This document shows, in pieces, positions 10,883-21,580 of a stretch of DNA of 64,000 nt. This DNA is from Burkholderiales bacterium (lineage in GTDB: Bacteria > Pseudomonadota > Gammaproteobacteria > Burkholderiales > JAEUOS01), in the NCBI GenBank assembly GCA_947473125.1, contig CANJDH010000003.1:3427-67426 (forward strand). Direction: 5' to 3'. Position 1 is the first letter of the stretch, and every line of letters starts with the position of its first letter. The notes beneath the pieces were generated by a model. That model did no database searches. It saw only the letters and a list, made by a program, of their open reading frames with translations, and was not told where the DNA came from. The position numbers and the translations under genes are program-made.

Positions 10883-11479
10883 TTACTTGCGCATCACCTT
10901 CTCGGACGGCGTCAACGCTTCGAAGAACGCCGGACGGCTGAAAATCCGCTCCGCATATTTTTGCACCGGTGCCGCCTGGCGAGGCAAATCAATGCCGTAG
11001 TGGTCAAGACGCCACAGCAACGGCGCGATCGCCACATCCAACATCGAAAACTCTTCGCCTAGCATCCACTTCTGTTTCGCCAGGGCCGGCGCCAGTTGCG
11101 TCAACACTTCAGCCGAGCGCTCACGCGCCTTGTCCTGCTGCTTCTGGTTGCCCTTCTCCAGCGTTTCGATGTGGATGAACAGTTCCTTCTCGAAATTGTG
11201 CAGAAACAGGCGCGTCCGGCCGCGCATGACCGGGTCAGCCGGCATCAGCTGCGGATGCGGGAAACGCTCGTCGATGTATTCGTTGATGATGTTCGACTCG
11301 TACAGGATCAGGTCGCGCTCGGCGAGAATCGGCACTTGGCCGTACGGGTTCATTACCGAGATGTCTTCCGGCTTGTTGAACAGGTCAATGTCCTTGATCT
11401 CGAAATCCATGCCCTTTTCATAGAGGACAAATCGGCAGCGGTGCGAAAACGGACAGGTCGTACCCGAATAGAGAATCAT
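10883..11479 (-). CDS. sspA: stringent starvation protein A (GST fold)
   Basis: LYSGTTCPFSHRCR and LYESNIINEYIDERFPHP; adjacent to sspB and petC. Confidence 0.96.
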   Translation of the reverse strand: MILYSGTTCPFSHRCRFVLYEKGMDFEIKDIDLFNKPEDISVMNPYGQVPILAERDLILYESNIINEYIDERFPHPQLMPADPVMRGRTRLFLHNFEKELFIHIETLEKGNQKQQDKARERSAEVLTQLAPALAKQKWMLGEEFSMLDVAIAPLLWRLDHYGIDLPRQAAPVQKYAERIFSRPAFFEALTPSEKVMRK

Positions 11480-11557
11480 GTGTGCAGCCTTTGAATTACC
11501 GGGTGCGGGCGGACGCCCGCACCGGAGTGCTAAACGACAAACGCAGCCGGGCCGCGC

Positions 11558-12346
11558 TTAGTGAAGATCTTTCCAGTAGGAGCGATTGAGCCACCACGCG
11601 CACGGCAACAGGAACAGGCCGAGGAAAATCATGACCAGAACGCCCAGCTGCTTGCGATAAGCCGCATCCGGCTCGCCCATCCAGACCAGAAAACCAACCA
11701 GATCGCCTACCGTTCGGTCGTAGTCGAGCTTGTTGAGCTTGCCCGGCTTGGCGACCTCAAAACCCTCGAACACCTCGACCATTTTGGTCTTGTCATGCGC
11801 ATCGGGCACTTTGGCGAATTTGGCGCGCTGCTCTCCCTGCAAGTCCCACAACACATGGGGCATGCCGACGTTCGGGAAAATCATGTTGTTCCACCCGGTC
11901 GGGCGTGAAGAGTCTCGATAAAACGTACGCAAATAGGTGTAGAGCCAATCGGCGCCACTGCCAGCCTCTGATCCACGAGACCGCGCAATCACCGACAGGT
12001 CCGGCGGGGCCGCGCCGAACCATTCCTTGGCGTCCTTGCGCGGCATCGACACCGTCATCAGTTCGCCCACTTTCTCTGCCGTGAAAAGAAGGTTGCCCTT
12101 GATCTGCTCGTCTGTAAGGCCGATGTCCTTGAGGCGGTTGTAGCGCATCGACTGCGCGCCGTGGCAACTGAGGCAATAGTTGACAAACAGTTTGGCGCCG
12201 CGCTGCAGCGCCTGAATGTCGGTGGCCTTCTCGATCGGTGCGCGATCCAGTGCCGGGCCGCCTTCGTTGGCATGCGCCGGCGCCATCAAACCGATTGCGC
12301 ATATGGCAGCCAAGCCGGAAAGTCGTACAAAAGAAAGTTTTTTCAT
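11558..12346 (-). CDS. petC: cytochrome c1
   Basis: Signal peptide, CLSCH heme motif, PPDLS and C-terminal TM. Confidence 0.97.
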   Translation of the reverse strand: MKKLSFVRLSGLAAICAIGLMAPAHANEGGPALDRAPIEKATDIQALQRGAKLFVNYCLSCHGAQSMRYNRLKDIGLTDEQIKGNLLFTAEKVGELMTVSMPRKDAKEWFGAAPPDLSVIARSRGSEAGSGADWLYTYLRTFYRDSSRPTGWNNMIFPNVGMPHVLWDLQGEQRAKFAKVPDAHDKTKMVEVFEGFEVAKPGKLNKLDYDRTVGDLVGFLVWMGEPDAAYRKQLGVLVMIFLGLFLLPCAWWLNRSYWKDLH

Positions 12347-12358
12347 GTTTTAGATCCC

Positions 12359-13648
12359 TTACATCGTCACGCGTGCAGGCACGGGCTTGAATTGGCCCAT
12401 GCGGCTCCACCACGGCATGCCGAGGAAGAAGGCAAAGTAAAGCAGCGTGCAGATCTGCGACACCAGGGTGCGCCCATCGGTCGGCGGCAAGGTGCCGAGG
12501 TAACCGAGGATCAGGAAACACACCACAAACAAGGCGTAGATGTATTTGTGCAGCGCCGGGCGATAGCGAATCGACTTCACCGGCGAACGGTCCAGCCACG
12601 GCAGGAAGAAGAAGATGAGGGTAGACGCGCCCATCGCCGCCACGCCCCACACCTTGGCGTCGATCCAGAAGAACGGCCAGACCATGGCGCGCAGGATCGA
12701 GTAATACGGCGTGAAGTACCAGACCGGCGCGATGTGCAGCGGGGTCTTGAGCGGGTCAGCCGGGATGAAATTGTTGTACTCGAGGAAATAACCGCCCATT
12801 TCCGGCGCGAAGAACACGATCAGCGAGAACACCATCAGGAAGATCACCACCACGAATATGTCGTGCACCGTGTAGAACGGATGGAACGGAATGCCGTCGC
12901 GCGGAATGCCCTTTTCGTCCTTGTTTTCCTTGATTTCAATGCCGTCCGGATTGTTGGAACCCACTTCATGCAACGCCAGGATATGCGCGGACACCAGGCC
13001 CAGGATCACCAGCGGCAGCGCGATCACGTGAAACGAGAAGAAACGGTTCAGCGTGGCATCCGACACCACATAATCACCGCGAATCCATACCGAGAGATCG
13101 GGCCCGATGATCGGGATCGCAGCGAACAGGTTCACGATGACCTGTGCGCCCCAGTAGGACATCTGGCCCCATGGGAGCAGGTAGCCAAAAAACGCCTCGC
13201 CCATCAGCGTCAGGAAAATGAGCACGCCGAAAATCCAGATCAGCTCGCGCGGCTTGCGGTACGAGCCGTAGAGCAGCCCGCGGAACATGTGCAGGTAAAT
13301 GACGACGAAGAACATCGAGGCACCTGTGGAATGCATGTAGCGCACCAACCAGCCCCACGGTACTTCGCGCATGATGTACTCGACCGACTCGAACGCCTTG
13401 GCGGCATCGGGCTTGTAGTGCATCACCAGGAAAATACCTGTGACGATCTGGATCACCAGCACCAGCATCGCCAACGAGCCGAAGATGTACCAGAAGTTGA
13501 AATTTTTCGGCGCGTAGTACTCGGACAGGTGCGCCTTCCAGTTTTCCATCAGCGGGAAACGTTGATCCACCCAGGTGATCAAGTCACCAGCGGGTTTGTC
13601 GAGCGCGCCCAGGCCGGTTACGACAACGGGTTCTTTTTTGCTTGCCAT
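12359..13648 (-). CDS. petB: cytochrome b of the bc1 complex
   Basis: YMHSTGAS, GYLLPWGQMSYWGA and PVWY (PEWY variant). Confidence 0.98.
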   Translation of the reverse strand: MASKKEPVVVTGLGALDKPAGDLITWVDQRFPLMENWKAHLSEYYAPKNFNFWYIFGSLAMLVLVIQIVTGIFLVMHYKPDAAKAFESVEYIMREVPWGWLVRYMHSTGASMFFVVIYLHMFRGLLYGSYRKPRELIWIFGVLIFLTLMGEAFFGYLLPWGQMSYWGAQVIVNLFAAIPIIGPDLSVWIRGDYVVSDATLNRFFSFHVIALPLVILGLVSAHILALHEVGSNNPDGIEIKENKDEKGIPRDGIPFHPFYTVHDIFVVVIFLMVFSLIVFFAPEMGGYFLEYNNFIPADPLKTPLHIAPVWYFTPYYSILRAMVWPFFWIDAKVWGVAAMGASTLIFFFLPWLDRSPVKSIRYRPALHKYIYALFVVCFLILGYLGTLPPTDGRTLVSQICTLLYFAFFLGMPWWSRMGQFKPVPARVTM

Positions 13649-13651
13649 GTG

Positions 13652-14254
13652 TCAGGCCCCCTTCTTGTCTTCGCCGACAATCACTCTAGTGTCCGACAAA
13701 TACATATGCGGCGGCACCTCAAGGTTGTCCGGCGCTGGTTTGGCCTTGTAGACACGGCCGGCCAGGTCAAAGGTTGAGCCGTGGCACGGGCACACGAAAC
13801 CCCAGTCGGCGCCCGGCAGCGCCACATTCACGCCTGGGGAAAATGGCCCCGAGGGTGAGCAGCCGAGGTGCGAACAGATGCCGACCGCGACCAGTACTTC
13901 AGGTTTGATCGAGCGATGCTGGTTGCGACAATACTCCGGCGTCAGTTCCGAGGGCTTGCGCTCGGATTTCGGGTCTGCCAGTTGCGGCTCGGCCTTCGCC
14001 AGCGAGTCGAGCATTTCCTTGGTACGGCGCACGATCCAGACCGGCTTGCCGCGCCATTCAACGACCTTGACTTCACCCTCCTTGATGTCGCCGATGTCGA
14101 CTTCAACAGGTGCGCCGGCGGCCTTGGCCTTTTCCGACGGCTGAAAGGTTAGGGCGAAGGGTAGGGCGGTACACAGACCGCCAATACCGCCCACGACGGA
14201 CGTTGCGACTATCGCGCCACGCCGACCGCTATCCACGGATTGCTCGTTACTCAT
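13652..14254 (-). CDS. petA: Rieske iron-sulfur subunit of bc1
   Basis: Tat-type RR; CSHLGC and CPCHGS motifs. Confidence 0.98.
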   Translation of the reverse strand: MSNEQSVDSGRRGAIVATSVVGGIGGLCTALPFALTFQPSEKAKAAGAPVEVDIGDIKEGEVKVVEWRGKPVWIVRRTKEMLDSLAKAEPQLADPKSERKPSELTPEYCRNQHRSIKPEVLVAVGICSHLGCSPSGPFSPGVNVALPGADWGFVCPCHGSTFDLAGRVYKAKPAPDNLEVPPHMYLSDTRVIVGEDKKGA

Positions 14255-14488
14255 GAAAGCCTCAGACTGGGAAATTCAGTTGGAGATTGACTGGAAAACT
14301 GCCCCGAAAGCACAAATGGACAAATCAACTGCGGTAAACGCTAAATTATATCGCAGTGCAATGCGCGAATAAAGCATTTTCGTGTTTTCTCTTTTTGATT
14401 CATGGAGTTAGAAGAAAATCCTGAGCCTTGCAAAATTGAATCGAAGCGGTTACGCTCGCGACCACCCGAACTTCACAGGAACTTTGCC

Positions 14489-14899
14489 ATGAGCGTCATG
14501 CAGGAATTCAAAGATTTTGCCGTCAAAGGGAACGTGATCGACCTGGCCGTCGGGGTGATTATCGGCGGTGCCTTCGGCAAGATCGTTGACTCGGTGGTGG
14601 GCGACATCATCATGCCCGTGGTCAGCAAGATCTTCGGCGGGCTCGACTTTTCAAACTACTTCATTCCGCTTGCCGGGCAAACCAGCGCGGTGCTGGCCGA
14701 TGCCAAAAAAGCCGGGGCAGTACTTGCCTACGGCAACTTCATGACCATCGCGCTCAATTTCATCATTCTCGCTTTCATCATATTCATGATGGTGAAGCAG
14801 ATCAACCGGCTCAAAAAAGATGCGCCGGCGGCACCGCCGCCAGCCACGCCGGAAGATGTAGTGCTGCTGCGCGAGATCCGCGATTCACTCAAAAAGTAA
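14489..14899 (+). CDS. mscL: large-conductance mechanosensitive channel
   Basis: [24 protein letters not shown]...LLREIRD; start ATG 14489 with an AGGA RBS. Confidence 0.98.
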   Translation: MSVMQEFKDFAVKGNVIDLAVGVIIGGAFGKIVDSVVGDIIMPVVSKIFGGLDFSNYFIPLAGQTSAVLADAKKAGAVLAYGNFMTIALNFIILAFIIFMMVKQINRLKKDAPAAPPPATPEDVVLLREIRDSLKK

Positions 14900-14959
14900 G
14901 AACCCGCCGGATCCAGTGTCACAGGGGCGGTGCCATGAGCCCCCCTCGTGACGCCGTGT

Positions 14960-15709
14960 TCATGCCGGATTATCATCATCCACGAATTGATGTTCAAGGC
15001 CGTACACGGAGTAGATCCAGGCTCCTAGCGCCTGCACCCCGTAGCGTTCCGTCGCATGATGCCCCGCCGCGATGAAGGGCACGCCGGACTCCCTTGCAAG
15101 GTGGGTGGTCTGTTCCGAAATTTCGCCTGAGACAAAAGCGTCGCATCCTGCAGCGATCGCCGCCTCGAAATATCCCTGCGCACCGCCCGTGCACCACGCA
15201 ACGCGCTTGATCATCGTCTCTAGAGGGCCGACCATCAAGGCTTTCCGGCCCAGTGCCTTGGAAATGCTTGACTGCAGTGCATTTCCGAGCATCGGCTGTT
15301 TCAGTTTCCCGAGAAAACCGATGTCCTGCTCCGCGAAGTGCCCGGTGATTGTGAAGCCCAGCAGCTTCGCCAGTTGCGCGTTGTTGCCGACCTTCGCATG
15401 TGCATCGAGCGGCAGGTGGTAGGCGAACAGGTTGATCCGGTGTTTCAGCAATAGTTCAATGCGCCTCTTTTTCGGCCCCGTGATGCGCATATCGTCGCCC
15501 TTCCAGAACAATCCATGGTGCACCAGGATCGCATCAGCACCGGCCTCGGCGGCGCGCTCGATCAAGGCCAGGCTCGCCGTGACGCCAGTCACCACGCGCC
15601 GGATTTCCTGCCTCCCTTCCACCTGAAGCCCGTTTGGGCAATAATCCCGGAAGCTGGCCGCATCGAGCAGGGTGTCGAGTGTGTCACGCAGTATGTCCCG
15701 ATGCATCAT
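14960..15709 (-). CDS. Nif3-like dinuclear metal center protein (YbgI family)
   Basis: DYCPNGLQVEG, HHG, YHLPLDAH and AGHHATE motifs; start uncertain (15706-15742). Confidence 0.93.
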   Translation of the reverse strand: MMHRDILRDTLDTLLDAASFRDYCPNGLQVEGRQEIRRVVTGVTASLALIERAAEAGADAILVHHGLFWKGDDMRITGPKKRRIELLLKHRINLFAYHLPLDAHAKVGNNAQLAKLLGFTITGHFAEQDIGFLGKLKQPMLGNALQSSISKALGRKALMVGPLETMIKRVAWCTGGAQGYFEAAIAAGCDAFVSGEISEQTTHLARESGVPFIAAGHHATERYGVQALGAWIYSVYGLEHQFVDDDNPA

Positions 15710-15757
15710 TTTTCGTTTCGCCATTCTTGACCACCCTCTCATAACTCACCCGGCCCC

Positions 15758-17002
15758 ATGTTGCGTCATTTTTGGTTGATTTTCGCTCAAGCCGTGACCG
15801 TCTGCGTCGCAGGCTGGTTCGTGGTAACGACGCTGAAGCCGGAATGGCTGGCGCAACGGCCGCCACTACCCGCCTCCGCGCCATCTTCGCGCCCGGCTCC
15901 TGTACCCGCGCCGGCGGCGGCCACCGTCATGCAGTCTGCGCCGGCCCTCGGCGGGGATTCAGCCAAATCCGGCTTTGCGGACGCTGCAAAAAAAGCCATG
16001 CCGGCGGTGGTCAACATCTTCACCTCCAAGGAAATCAAGTCGCCGCGCCACCCGTTTCTGGACGATCCGCTGTTCCGTCATTTTTTCGGACGCGAATTCG
16101 ACGGCAAGGACAACGGCAAGGGCGGCGGCAACACGCGACGCTCCTCGAGCCTTGGTAGCGGCGTCATTGTCGGGCCCGAAGGCTATGTACTGACCAATTT
16201 CCACGTCATCGAATCTGCCGATGAAATCGAGATACTGCTGTCCGACGGGCGTCGCGCGGCGGCAAAAATCGTGGGCGGCGACCCGGACACCGATCTTGCG
16301 GTAGTCAAGATCGACCTGCCCAACGTGCCGAGCATCGTCTTTGGCCGCCCCGAGGCGTCGCGCGTCGGCGACGTGGTATTGGCCATCGGCAACCCGTTCG
16401 GCGTCGGGCAGACAGTGACCATGGGCATCGTGTCGGCACTGGGACGTTCGCAACTGGGCATCAATACGTTTGAAAATTTCATCCAGACCGACGCCGCGAT
16501 CAACCCGGGCAACTCGGGTGGCGCACTGGTCGATACCCAGGGCAACCTGATCGGCATCAACACGGCGATCTATTCGCGCTCCGGCGGGTCGCTCGGCATC
16601 GGATTTGCCATACCGGCAAACATGGCCAAGACCATCATGGAGCAGATCATCGCCACCGGCAGCGTGACGCGTGGCTGGATCGGGGTGGAGATCCAGGAGA
16701 TCACCCCGGAACTGGCGGAATCGTTCAAGCTGCCCAAGGGTCAGGGCGCGATCATCGCAGGCGTCATGCGTGGCGGCCCCGCCGACAAAGCCGGCGTCAA
16801 ACCCGGCGACGTACTGATGGAAATCGAAGGCAAAGCGGTCAATGATTCTTCCGGCATGCTCAACCTGATCTCGCAATTGAAGCCGGGCGAAAAAGCCAAC
16901 CTCAAGCTGTTGCGCGCCGGCAAGCACGTCCATTTTGCGGTGGTCATCGGCAAGCGGCCCAAACCGCAGCGACGTCCGAATCGCGAAGACGGAGACGGCT
17001 AG
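15758..17002 (+). CDS. HtrA-family serine protease with one PDZ domain (DegS/DegQ-like)
   Basis: LGSGVI, TNFHV, DLAV and TDAAINPGNSGG catalytic motifs; N-terminal anchor; C-terminal PDZ. Confidence 0.95.
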   Translation: MLRHFWLIFAQAVTVCVAGWFVVTTLKPEWLAQRPPLPASAPSSRPAPVPAPAAATVMQSAPALGGDSAKSGFADAAKKAMPAVVNIFTSKEIKSPRHPFLDDPLFRHFFGREFDGKDNGKGGGNTRRSSSLGSGVIVGPEGYVLTNFHVIESADEIEILLSDGRRAAAKIVGGDPDTDLAVVKIDLPNVPSIVFGRPEASRVGDVVLAIGNPFGVGQTVTMGIVSALGRSQLGINTFENFIQTDAAINPGNSGGALVDTQGNLIGINTAIYSRSGGSLGIGFAIPANMAKTIMEQIIATGSVTRGWIGVEIQEITPELAESFKLPKGQGAIIAGVMRGGPADKAGVKPGDVLMEIEGKAVNDSSGMLNLISQLKPGEKANLKLLRAGKHVHFAVVIGKRPKPQRRPNREDGDG

Positions 17003-17781
17003 GCTGCTGGCTTGTTTGCCTCGTTGGCCGCGTCCGCATCAGCTTCGGCGCGCGTCTGCGGCTTGGCCACAAAACGTGCGCACAGCAAGCCGATTTCGTA
17101 AAGGATGCACATCGGGATGGCCAGCAGTAGTTGGGACAGCACATCCGGCGGCGTCACCACGGCGGCGATGACGAAGGCGCCGACAATCACGTAACTGCGC
17201 CACGCCTTGAGTTTCTCCAGCGGCACGATGTTGAATGCGACGAGCACGATGACCACGATCGGAACTTCAAACGTGACGCCAAACGCGACAAACATGGTCA
17301 AAACGAAGTTCAGATATGCCTCGATATCAGGAGCCGGCGTGATGCTCTTGGGCGAAAAATCGTTGATGAAGGTAAATACCTTCCCGAACACAAAGTAATA
17401 GCAAAACGCCATTCCCAGGATGAACAGGATGGAGCTGGCGATCACCAGCGGCAGCGCAAATTTCTTTTCGTGCTGGTACAGTCCGGGGGCCACAAAAGCC
17501 CACGCCTGGAACAGGATCACCGGCAGCGAAATCACGAACGCAACCATGGCGCCGACCTTGAGCGGCACCATGAAGGGCGTAATCACGCCGGTAGCGATCA
17601 TCTTGGTGCCTTCCGGCAACGCCCGCGTCAGAGGCTGGGCGAGGAAGTCATAAATCGCGCCGGCACCAGGCCAGACCATCAGGATTGCGAACACCACGGC
17701 GAACGCAATCAGGGCTTTGATCAGGCGGTCTCTCAGCTCGATCAGGTGCGAAACAAAGGTTTCCTGGATGGCGTCGCTCAT
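16999..17781 (-). CDS. tatC: twin-arginine translocase TatC
   Basis: SHLIELRDRL, FVAPGLY and TPPD motifs. Confidence 0.98.
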   Translation of the reverse strand: MSDAIQETFVSHLIELRDRLIKALIAFAVVFAILMVWPGAGAIYDFLAQPLTRALPEGTKMIATGVITPFMVPLKVGAMVAFVISLPVILFQAWAFVAPGLYQHEKKFALPLVIASSILFILGMAFCYYFVFGKVFTFINDFSPKSITPAPDIEAYLNFVLTMFVAFGVTFEVPIVVIVLVAFNIVPLEKLKAWRSYVIVGAFVIAAVVTPPDVLSQLLLAIPMCILYEIGLLCARFVAKPQTRAEADADAANEANKPAA

Positions 17782-17788
17782 ATTGGCT

Positions 17789-18307
17789 TCAACCCACCTG
17801 TTTTGCCGCAGGTGCCGCGTTTATGGTGGGTGCGGCCGGCATGTCGCCCAGAGGAAGGCTGGCCTGAACGCTCTGGTGCGCGCCGCCGTCCAGGGGATTT
17901 GCCTCCGTCTGTGACGCCGTGCTTACCAACGTCGCGGGAGGGTCGAGTACCGGATCGGCAGCTGCCGGTGAGGTTGGCGGCGGCTCCGTCAATCCGGATG
18001 TATCGGCCACCGGCTCTCCCGATGCAATTTTGTTCAGTTCGTCCGCCTGAGACTGGAAACCCGACATGGTTTCAGTCATCGATGTTTCGATCGACTTGGC
18101 CGCATCCTGCACGGTGGTCTGCAATTTCTTGAGTTCATCAAGTTCAATCTCGCGATTGATGTCAGCTTTCACGTCATTGACGTAGCGCTGCATCCGGCCG
18201 AGCAACGCACCGACGGTACGCGCCACGCTGGGCAGCTTTTCGGGCCCGATTACCAGCAATGCAACGATGCCGATGACGAGCAGTTCGGAGAATCCGACGT
18301 CAAACAT
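17789..18307 (-). CDS. tatB: twin-arginine translocase TatB
   Basis: MFDVGFSELLVIGIVALLVIGPEKLP. Confidence 0.97.
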   Translation of the reverse strand: MFDVGFSELLVIGIVALLVIGPEKLPSVARTVGALLGRMQRYVNDVKADINREIELDELKKLQTTVQDAAKSIETSMTETMSGFQSQADELNKIASGEPVADTSGLTEPPPTSPAAADPVLDPPATLVSTASQTEANPLDGGAHQSVQASLPLGDMPAAPTINAAPAAKQVG

Positions 18308-18376
18308 GGGGGCGCAGGTCCTTCAACGAAACGCGGGGCGCTACGACGGCGCCGCCCCGCATGGCTCGAGGGTGCC

Positions 18377-18616
18377 TCAGACCTTGCTCTTTTCTTCGGC
18401 TTTGACGTCGATGGTCTGTCCGACCTTGGCGGTCTCGCCGTCTTCGACCTTCTTGTCCGCATTGGAACCCGAGGCGGCACCTTCTTTCATGCCGTCCTTG
18501 AAACCCTTGACCGCGCCGCCGAGATCACCGCCCATGTTGCGCAGCTTTTTGGTACCAAATACAAGCATGACGATGACCAGAACGATCAGCCAGTGCCAGA
18601 TGGAAAATGAACCCAT
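18377..18616 (-). CDS. tatA: twin-arginine translocase TatA
   Basis: [25 protein letters not shown]. Confidence 0.97.
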   Translation of the reverse strand: MGSFSIWHWLIVLVIVMLVFGTKKLRNMGGDLGGAVKGFKDGMKEGAASGSNADKKVEDGETAKVGQTIDVKAEEKSKV

Positions 18617-18686
18617 AATGAACTCCTAAAACGTGGTTTCGACGATTGGGTAGTACGTTTACGTGAGCGTCGGTTGGATTTATTTC

Positions 18687-19067
18687 TTAGCCACGTTTCC
18701 AGGGCCGGGGACCACCCATCACATGAATGTGAAGGTGAAAGACCTCCTGCCCGCCTTCCTTGCCGCTGTTGATGACGATCCGAAAACCACCATCGCCTTC
18801 CATCCTGAGGCCTTCCTGCGCCGCCAGTTTGGGAGCCAGCACCAGCATTTTACCAAGCAATACGGAATGCTGCTCTTGCACGAAGACAAGCGACTCGATG
18901 TGCTCCTTGGGCACCATCAGGAAATGCACCGGTGCCCACGGGTTGATGTCGTGAAAGACAAACACATCGTCGTCTTCGTATATTTTTTTGGATGGAATCT
19001 TCCCCGTTGCGATTTTGCAAAACAGGCAACCTGCCGAATCGTTCGATGCGTGCGTCACAACGCTCAC
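18687..19067 (-). CDS. histidine triad (HIT) nucleotide-binding protein
   Basis: CLFCKI and [11 protein letters not shown]. Confidence 0.95.
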   Translation of the reverse strand: MSVVTHASNDSAGCLFCKIATGKIPSKKIYEDDDVFVFHDINPWAPVHFLMVPKEHIESLVFVQEQHSVLLGKMLVLAPKLAAQEGLRMEGDGGFRIVINSGKEGGQEVFHLHIHVMGGPRPWKRG

Positions 19068-19429
19068 CCTTGTTTAAATTTCGCGGTCAAGCCTTCGGCG
19101 TCGCTGCGCTCGCCGTCCTTGCGTGCGGCTTTTTCATCAAGGCCGGAAAGACCTTCACGCCGCGCCAGTTCGTCGAGAACATCCCCGGGCTTGAGCCCGT
19201 AGGCTTCCAGCGCCAGTAGGCAGTGGAACCACAGGTCCGCCATCTCGCCTACGATCTTGGCGCGGTCGCCATCCTTGCCGGCCATCACGGTCTCGGTGGC
19301 TTCCTCACCGATCTTCTTGAGGATCGCGTCCTCACCTTTGGCGAGCAGGCGCGCCACATAGGACTTTTCCGGATCGGCGCCGCGGCGCGACGCGATCACT
19401 TCGGCCAGCCGCTTCAGGACATCGCTCAT
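19064..19429 (-). CDS. hisE: phosphoribosyl-ATP pyrophosphatase
   Basis: KKIGEEATE and EMADLWFH; start placed at ATG 19429, overlapping the hisI stop. Confidence 0.96.
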   Translation of the reverse strand: MSDVLKRLAEVIASRRGADPEKSYVARLLAKGEDAILKKIGEEATETVMAGKDGDRAKIVGEMADLWFHCLLALEAYGLKPGDVLDELARREGLSGLDEKAARKDGERSDAEGLTAKFKQG

Positions 19430-19848
19430 TTGTAGATCTCGTCCGGCGCCTTGACCACCGGATCGGTGATCACCCAGGCGCCGTTCTCGTATTTCTGGAA
19501 GAAGCAATTATGCCGCCCCGTGTGGCAGGCAATGCCGCCAACCTGCTCGACCCGGATCAGCACCACGTCTTCGTCGCAATCGAGGCGCACTTCGCGCACT
19601 TTTTGCATGTGCCCCGATTCCTCGCCCTTGTGCCACAGTTTATTGCGCGAGCGCGACCAATACACGGCTTCGCCGGTTTCGATCGTCAGCTTGAGCGCCT
19701 CGCGATTCATCCACGCGAACATCAGCACGCGATTGGTGAACGTCTCCTGCGCAATCACCGGCACCAGGCCGCGCTCGTCCCAGCGAACCTGGTCGAGCCA
19801 ATCGCCCGCTGCGACACCCCCCACCGCCGACGTTCCCGCGGCGCTCAC
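19426..19848 (-). CDS. hisI: phosphoribosyl-AMP cyclohydrolase
   Basis: [20 protein letters not shown] and ACHTG motifs. Confidence 0.97.
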   Translation of the reverse strand: MSAAGTSAVGGVAAGDWLDQVRWDERGLVPVIAQETFTNRVLMFAWMNREALKLTIETGEAVYWSRSRNKLWHKGEESGHMQKVREVRLDCDEDVVLIRVEQVGGIACHTGRHNCFFQKYENGAWVITDPVVKAPDEIYK

Positions 19849-20606
19849 AGGCGCACCTCGATGCCACGCGCGGCCATGCGTTCCTTGGCCTGGCGCACCG
19901 TAAACTCGCCGTAGTGGAAAATGCTTGCCGCCAGCACCGCATCGGCATGGCCTTGGAGGACGCCGTCAGCCAGATGATCGAGCGAGCCGACGCCGCCGGA
20001 TGCGATCACCGGGATGGAAACCGCATCGGCGACCGCCCGGGTCAGGCCAATGTCAAAGCCGTTCTTGGTGCCATCGCGGTCCATGCTGGTGAGAAGAATT
20101 TCGCCGGCGCCGAGTGCGGCAACCCGCCTGGCCCATTCGACCGCATCCATCCCGGTATTGTTGCGCCCTCCGTGGGTGAACACATCCCATTTTCCCGGTC
20201 CGGTCTGCTTGGCATCAATCGCGACCACAATGCACTGGGCGCCGTAGCGCCCCGAAGCTTCGGCCACCAGTTGCGGGTTCTGCACCGCCGACGTATTGAT
20301 GCTGATCTTGTCGGCCCCGGCATTGAGCAAGCGGCGCACGTCCTCGACCTTGCGCACACCTCCGCCCACAGTCAGCGGAATGAACACCTGGTCGGCAACG
20401 CGCTCGATGATGTGGAGGATGATGTCGCGCGCATCAGACGACGCAGTGATATCGAGAAAAGTGAGCTCGTCGGCGCCCTGGTCGTCATACTTTTTTGCGA
20501 TCTCCACCGGGTCACCGGCGTCACGCAGTCCGACGAAATTGACACCCTTGACGACTCGACCATTGGTGACGTCAAGGCAGGGAATGATGCGTTTGGCAAG
20601 GCTCAT
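19845..20606 (-). CDS. hisF: imidazole glycerol phosphate synthase cyclase subunit
   Basis: [13 protein letters not shown] and TSMDRDGT. Confidence 0.98.
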   Translation of the reverse strand: MSLAKRIIPCLDVTNGRVVKGVNFVGLRDAGDPVEIAKKYDDQGADELTFLDITASSDARDIILHIIERVADQVFIPLTVGGGVRKVEDVRRLLNAGADKISINTSAVQNPQLVAEASGRYGAQCIVVAIDAKQTGPGKWDVFTHGGRNNTGMDAVEWARRVAALGAGEILLTSMDRDGTKNGFDIGLTRAVADAVSIPVIASGGVGSLDHLADGVLQGHADAVLAASIFHYGEFTVRQAKERMAARGIEVRL

Positions 20607-20741
20607 GGAAACAGTTGGGCAAAATCAAACAGGCGATGCATCGAAAAGGCTTGGGGCACAAGGGCCGCAGCACATAGGCCCTGGAAACCCTTGGTGGGAG
20701 CGGGTTTTGGTCAGGTAACCGACCGGACCTCAATCAAGCCG

Positions 20742-21473
20742 CTACTTCAGCGCTTCCGCCACGGCTTTTTTGAAATCGAGCTTGCCTTCGTAAATCGCTC
20801 GGCCGGCAATGGCGCCGATCACGCCGTCCGCCTCCATCGCCTTGAGCGCCTTGATGTCCTTGAGGCTGGACAGGCCGCCGGATGCGATCACGGGGATGCG
20901 GATCGCCTGCGCCAGCTTGAGCGTGGCCTCGAGGTTCACGCCAGTGAGCATGCCGTCGCGGCCAATGTCGGTGTAGATGATGGCCTCGGCACCCATGTCT
21001 TCATACTTCATCGCAAGGTCGATCACGTCGTGGCCGGTAAGTTTGCTCCAGCCATCGGTCGCCACCTTGCCGTCGCGCGCATCCAGCCCGACCATGATAT
21101 GGCCTGGGAACGCGCCACAGGCATCATGCACAAAACCGGGGTTCTTGACCGCTGCGGTGCCGATGATCACGTAACTGATGCCGTCATCCAGACAGCGCTC
21201 GACCGTGTCAAGATCGCGAATGCCGCCGCCGAGTTGGACCGGGACGTCGTCACCCATGGCTTCGAGAATCTTCTTGATGACGCTTTCGTTCTTGGGCTTG
21301 CCCGCAACTGCGCCGTTGAGGTCGACCAGATGGAGACGCTTGCAGCCTTGCGCCTTCCAGTGCAGCGCCATTGCCGCCGGATCTTCGGAGAAGATGGTGG
21401 CATCGGACATGTCGCCTTGCTTCAAGCGGACACAATGTCCGTCCTTGATGTCAATCGCGGGAATGATCAACAT
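20742..21473 (-). CDS. hisA: ProFAR isomerase
   Basis: [23 protein letters not shown] and YTDIGRDG. Confidence 0.98.
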   Translation of the reverse strand: MLIIPAIDIKDGHCVRLKQGDMSDATIFSEDPAAMALHWKAQGCKRLHLVDLNGAVAGKPKNESVIKKILEAMGDDVPVQLGGGIRDLDTVERCLDDGISYVIIGTAAVKNPGFVHDACGAFPGHIMVGLDARDGKVATDGWSKLTGHDVIDLAMKYEDMGAEAIIYTDIGRDGMLTGVNLEATLKLAQAIRIPVIASGGLSSLKDIKALKAMEADGVIGAIAGRAIYEGKLDFKKAVAEALK

Positions 21474-21580
21474 GATCGGGTCAGGTGCGTTGTTTGAATG
21501 GGGTGCTGGGGAAGGAGCGGAGCCAAAACGCCGCCCGCATCAGTGGCGCGCATCCGTCGGGTGCATGCGCGAAGGCATTT

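Noticed and set aside
12161-13777. 538-aa ORF antisense to petB, and similar ORFs such as 19914-21497, 30859-31995 and 55165-56271
   Set aside because: Same codon-bias artefact; they fully overlap well-supported genes on the opposite strand.
14350-14370. TCGCAGTGCAATGCGCGA motif in the petA promoter (PhaR-like TGC/GCA repeats)
   Set aside because: Too short and degenerate to assign without a matrix scan.
21474-21580. 107-bp hisH-hisA spacer with an imperfect GC hairpin
   Set aside because: A single imperfect stem is expected at this GC content, and there is no similarity to the other spacers.
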